Origin: Sphyrna mokarran
Taxonomy: Eukaryota
Assembly (NCBI GenBank): GCA_024679065.1
Contig: JAGIQG010000015.1
Span: 20,894,001-20,958,000, forward strand
DNA length: 64,000 nucleotides
Reading direction: 5' to 3'
The notes under the pieces are model-generated. The model was given only the letters and a program-made list of their open reading frames with translations, did no database searches and had not been told where the DNA came from. The translations under genes were made by a program, and so were the position numbers. Of this stretch, positions 61,900-64,000 are shown piece by piece; the first letter of the stretch is position 1, and every line of letters begins with the position of its first letter.

Positions 61900-63147
61900 T
61901 TAGAGAATATAGGCCCAATTTACTTAGCTTCTCATCCCCCAGGAACCAATCAACTGAACATTTGCTATGCTGTCTCCAATGCATGTATATCTTTCTTAAA
62001 TTTAGAAACAAAAACTACACATAGCATTCCAGGTGTGATCCTGCCAATACCTTATATAATTGTAGGAAGATTTCCTTACTCTTGTATTCTAATCCCTATT
62101 CAATAAAGCCCAAATGCCATTTGCCTTTCTAATCGCTTGTGTACCCATATACCAATTTTGAATGTTTGAATATGATTACATCTAACTCTTCTGTCAACAT
62201 TAATAACTAAAAGTTGCACACCTTTAAAAAAATATTCTACTTTTTCATTTTTCTACTATTTTAATGACCTCACTCTTTTCCATCTGCCATACTGTTGCCC
62301 ACAGTTCAACCTATCCACATATCTTGTAATCTCTTTGTATAACTTCACAGCTTAACTTTCTCACATACGGTTTTGAAATTAGATACCTTACTCATTATCT
62401 CTTTGCTAGTCACAGTCTGCTAACTTAAGTGTCCCATTTATCCCTACTCATGCCTTCTTTTATATATTCATTCATGGGACATGGGCGTTGTTGACTGGCC
62501 AGCATTTATTGCCCACCCATAGTTGCCCAAGGTTGCCCAAGAGAGTCAACCACATTGCTGTGAGTCTGAGATCACATGTAGGCCAGACCAGATAAGGATA
62601 GCAGATTTCCTTCCCTAAAGGACATCAGTGAATCAGATGGGATTTTCTATAATTATCAATGGTTTCATCAGTAAATTCTTAATTGTAAATATTTTTTGAA
62701 TTCAAAATCCACTATCTGCCATGGTGGGATTTGAACCCAGGTCTCCAGAACATTAGCTGAGTTTCTTGATTAATAGTCTAGTGATAATACCACTAGGCCA
62801 TCACTATCTATTATTACCCCCAACTCCATGAGTCCTTCCTCATGTCGGAATTTTCTATGTGGCCCTTTATCAAATGCCTTTTGGAAATTGTACATTACTG
62901 GCTCCACCTTATTCAACCATTATCCTCAGAAGTCTTTAAATTTGTAATAAACGATTTCTCTTTAATAAAACCATGTTGATGCTGTCTGATTATGCAATGT
63001 TAAGATTTCCTTAATAATAGACATTGGGAAATTGCTGGAATCTGATATCAGATTAGCTGGCCTGGAGATCCCTTCTTTCTCCCCCTGTTCTTGAATAATG
63101 TTGCTCACGTGTTGACATCCAATCTGCTGGGACTTATCTGGAATCTA
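61900..63147 (-). mobile_element. Decayed CR1 RT-region fragment interrupted by a SINE
   Basis: Antisense CR1 signatures (ATTCCAGGTGTG, TTATCAAATGCCTTTTGGAA, AAACCATGTTGA), similar to 38190-39270. Confidence 0.6.
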
Positions 63148-63172
63148 TTAAATCCTACGTTTCTGATTGCAG

Positions 63173-63291
63173 TTTTTGCCACCACTGCTGCCAATGAACA
63201 CGAGTCATCATATGCCTGTTACTACGACAAGGAAAGAGACACCTACTTGGGTGATGTGTACAGTGTTATGTGGATGGAAGACTCTGACCAG
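63173..63291 (+). CDS. LGMN: LGMN coding exon 8 (gene continues off the right edge)
   Basis: [40 protein letters not shown]; GCAG|TT and CAG|GTTTGT; 119 nt. Confidence 0.97.
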
Positions 63292-63460
63292 GTTTGTAGC
63301 ATTACATCAAAACAATAATTTTGCTTGCATTGCAATTCGTTCTTAACATTTGGATATCTCTCTCTCCTGGTGGAATAGTCATTGCTGAAGTTGGATTTAT
63401 ATAAGCGTACACGTCACTGCCCCAAATCTTAACTGGCGTGTTTACCAGCTTAAGATTTCC

Positions 63461-63785
63461 GGGGCAGGATTTTCCAGCTTCACTCAAGCGAGACTGGAAA
63501 ATCTGACCCTCAAGTCAATAGACATTTCTGTTGTCTGCCCTTCACCCTCTCCAATTCTATGGGGGACGGGACAGTAAAATTCCGGCGTTCTGCCGCAATG
63601 GAAAGCACAAACCCAGTGGTCAACGAACACTTCCAGATAATTAAATCTTTGCAATCTGACTTCGCACATATCGGGCGGAATTTTCCAGCTGTTCACGCCA
63701 GCTGGATTTTCTGGTCCCGCTGCAGTGAACGGAGATTTGGCTGAGCGCTACAGTCATGGGGAATGAACTGCCAGAAAATCCTAGC
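63461..63785. mobile_element. Short hairpin MITE-like elements; related copies at 26299-26450, 41173-41302, 44588-44692, 46668-46790, 56493-56622, 58568-58705
   Basis: Ends GGGC(A/G)GAATTTT...AAAAT(T)C(C)GCCC as imperfect terminal inverted repeats; about 120-150 bp; recurring internal sequences. Confidence 0.6.
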
Positions 63786-64000
63786 CATTTTATAGCAGCA
63801 CCTAATGCAAACAGCTATAGGGGAGGGGTTTTCTGAGCCCTCTCCAGCATCAACGCAGCATGTTTTGTATAGACCCGCTATCAGCTGGTGGTGGGATCTT
63901 CTGGTCCTGCCACTCCTGATAGCTTTTCTTGTTCCTCACACTTTCTGCCGCTGAGGAACCCATGGCACTGAATTTCCAATAGCGGTGCTGAAAGATCCTG

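Overview
Eukaryotic vertebrate genomic DNA, most likely a cartilaginous fish (shark), judged from the HE1/V-domain-type tRNA SINEs and the CR1, Rex/Babar and Penelope repeat landscape. Two intron-rich genes lie head-to-head, the same arrangement as on human 14q32. GOLGA5 (golgin-84) is on the minus strand: 7 coding exons at 846-15344, a CpG-island promoter near 18.2-18.8 kb, and it continues off the left edge. LGMN (legumain) is on the plus strand: 8 coding exons at 49274-63291 with an intact His/Cys dyad, a probable non-coding first exon near 30.7 kb, and it continues off the right edge. All coding exons have GT-AG boundaries and join in frame. The rest is mostly retroelements. The most notable observations are: (1) a CR1 LINE lineage whose long 3' UTR contains a whole decayed tRNA/V-domain SINE, preceded by a conserved splice acceptor and stem; (2) two sister SINE families with the same head and body but different tails, matching CR1 and Rex/Babar LINEs in the same window; (3) small Penelope-derived hairpin elements carrying minimal hammerhead-ribozyme cores, one just upstream of each putative promoter; (4) a 24-bp palindromic tandem repeat in the GOLGA5 promoter; (5) a chain of unexplained minus-strand exon-like blocks between the two genes; (6) a decayed LTR-gag element. 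Repeat boundaries are approximate and were read by eye. No database searches were run.
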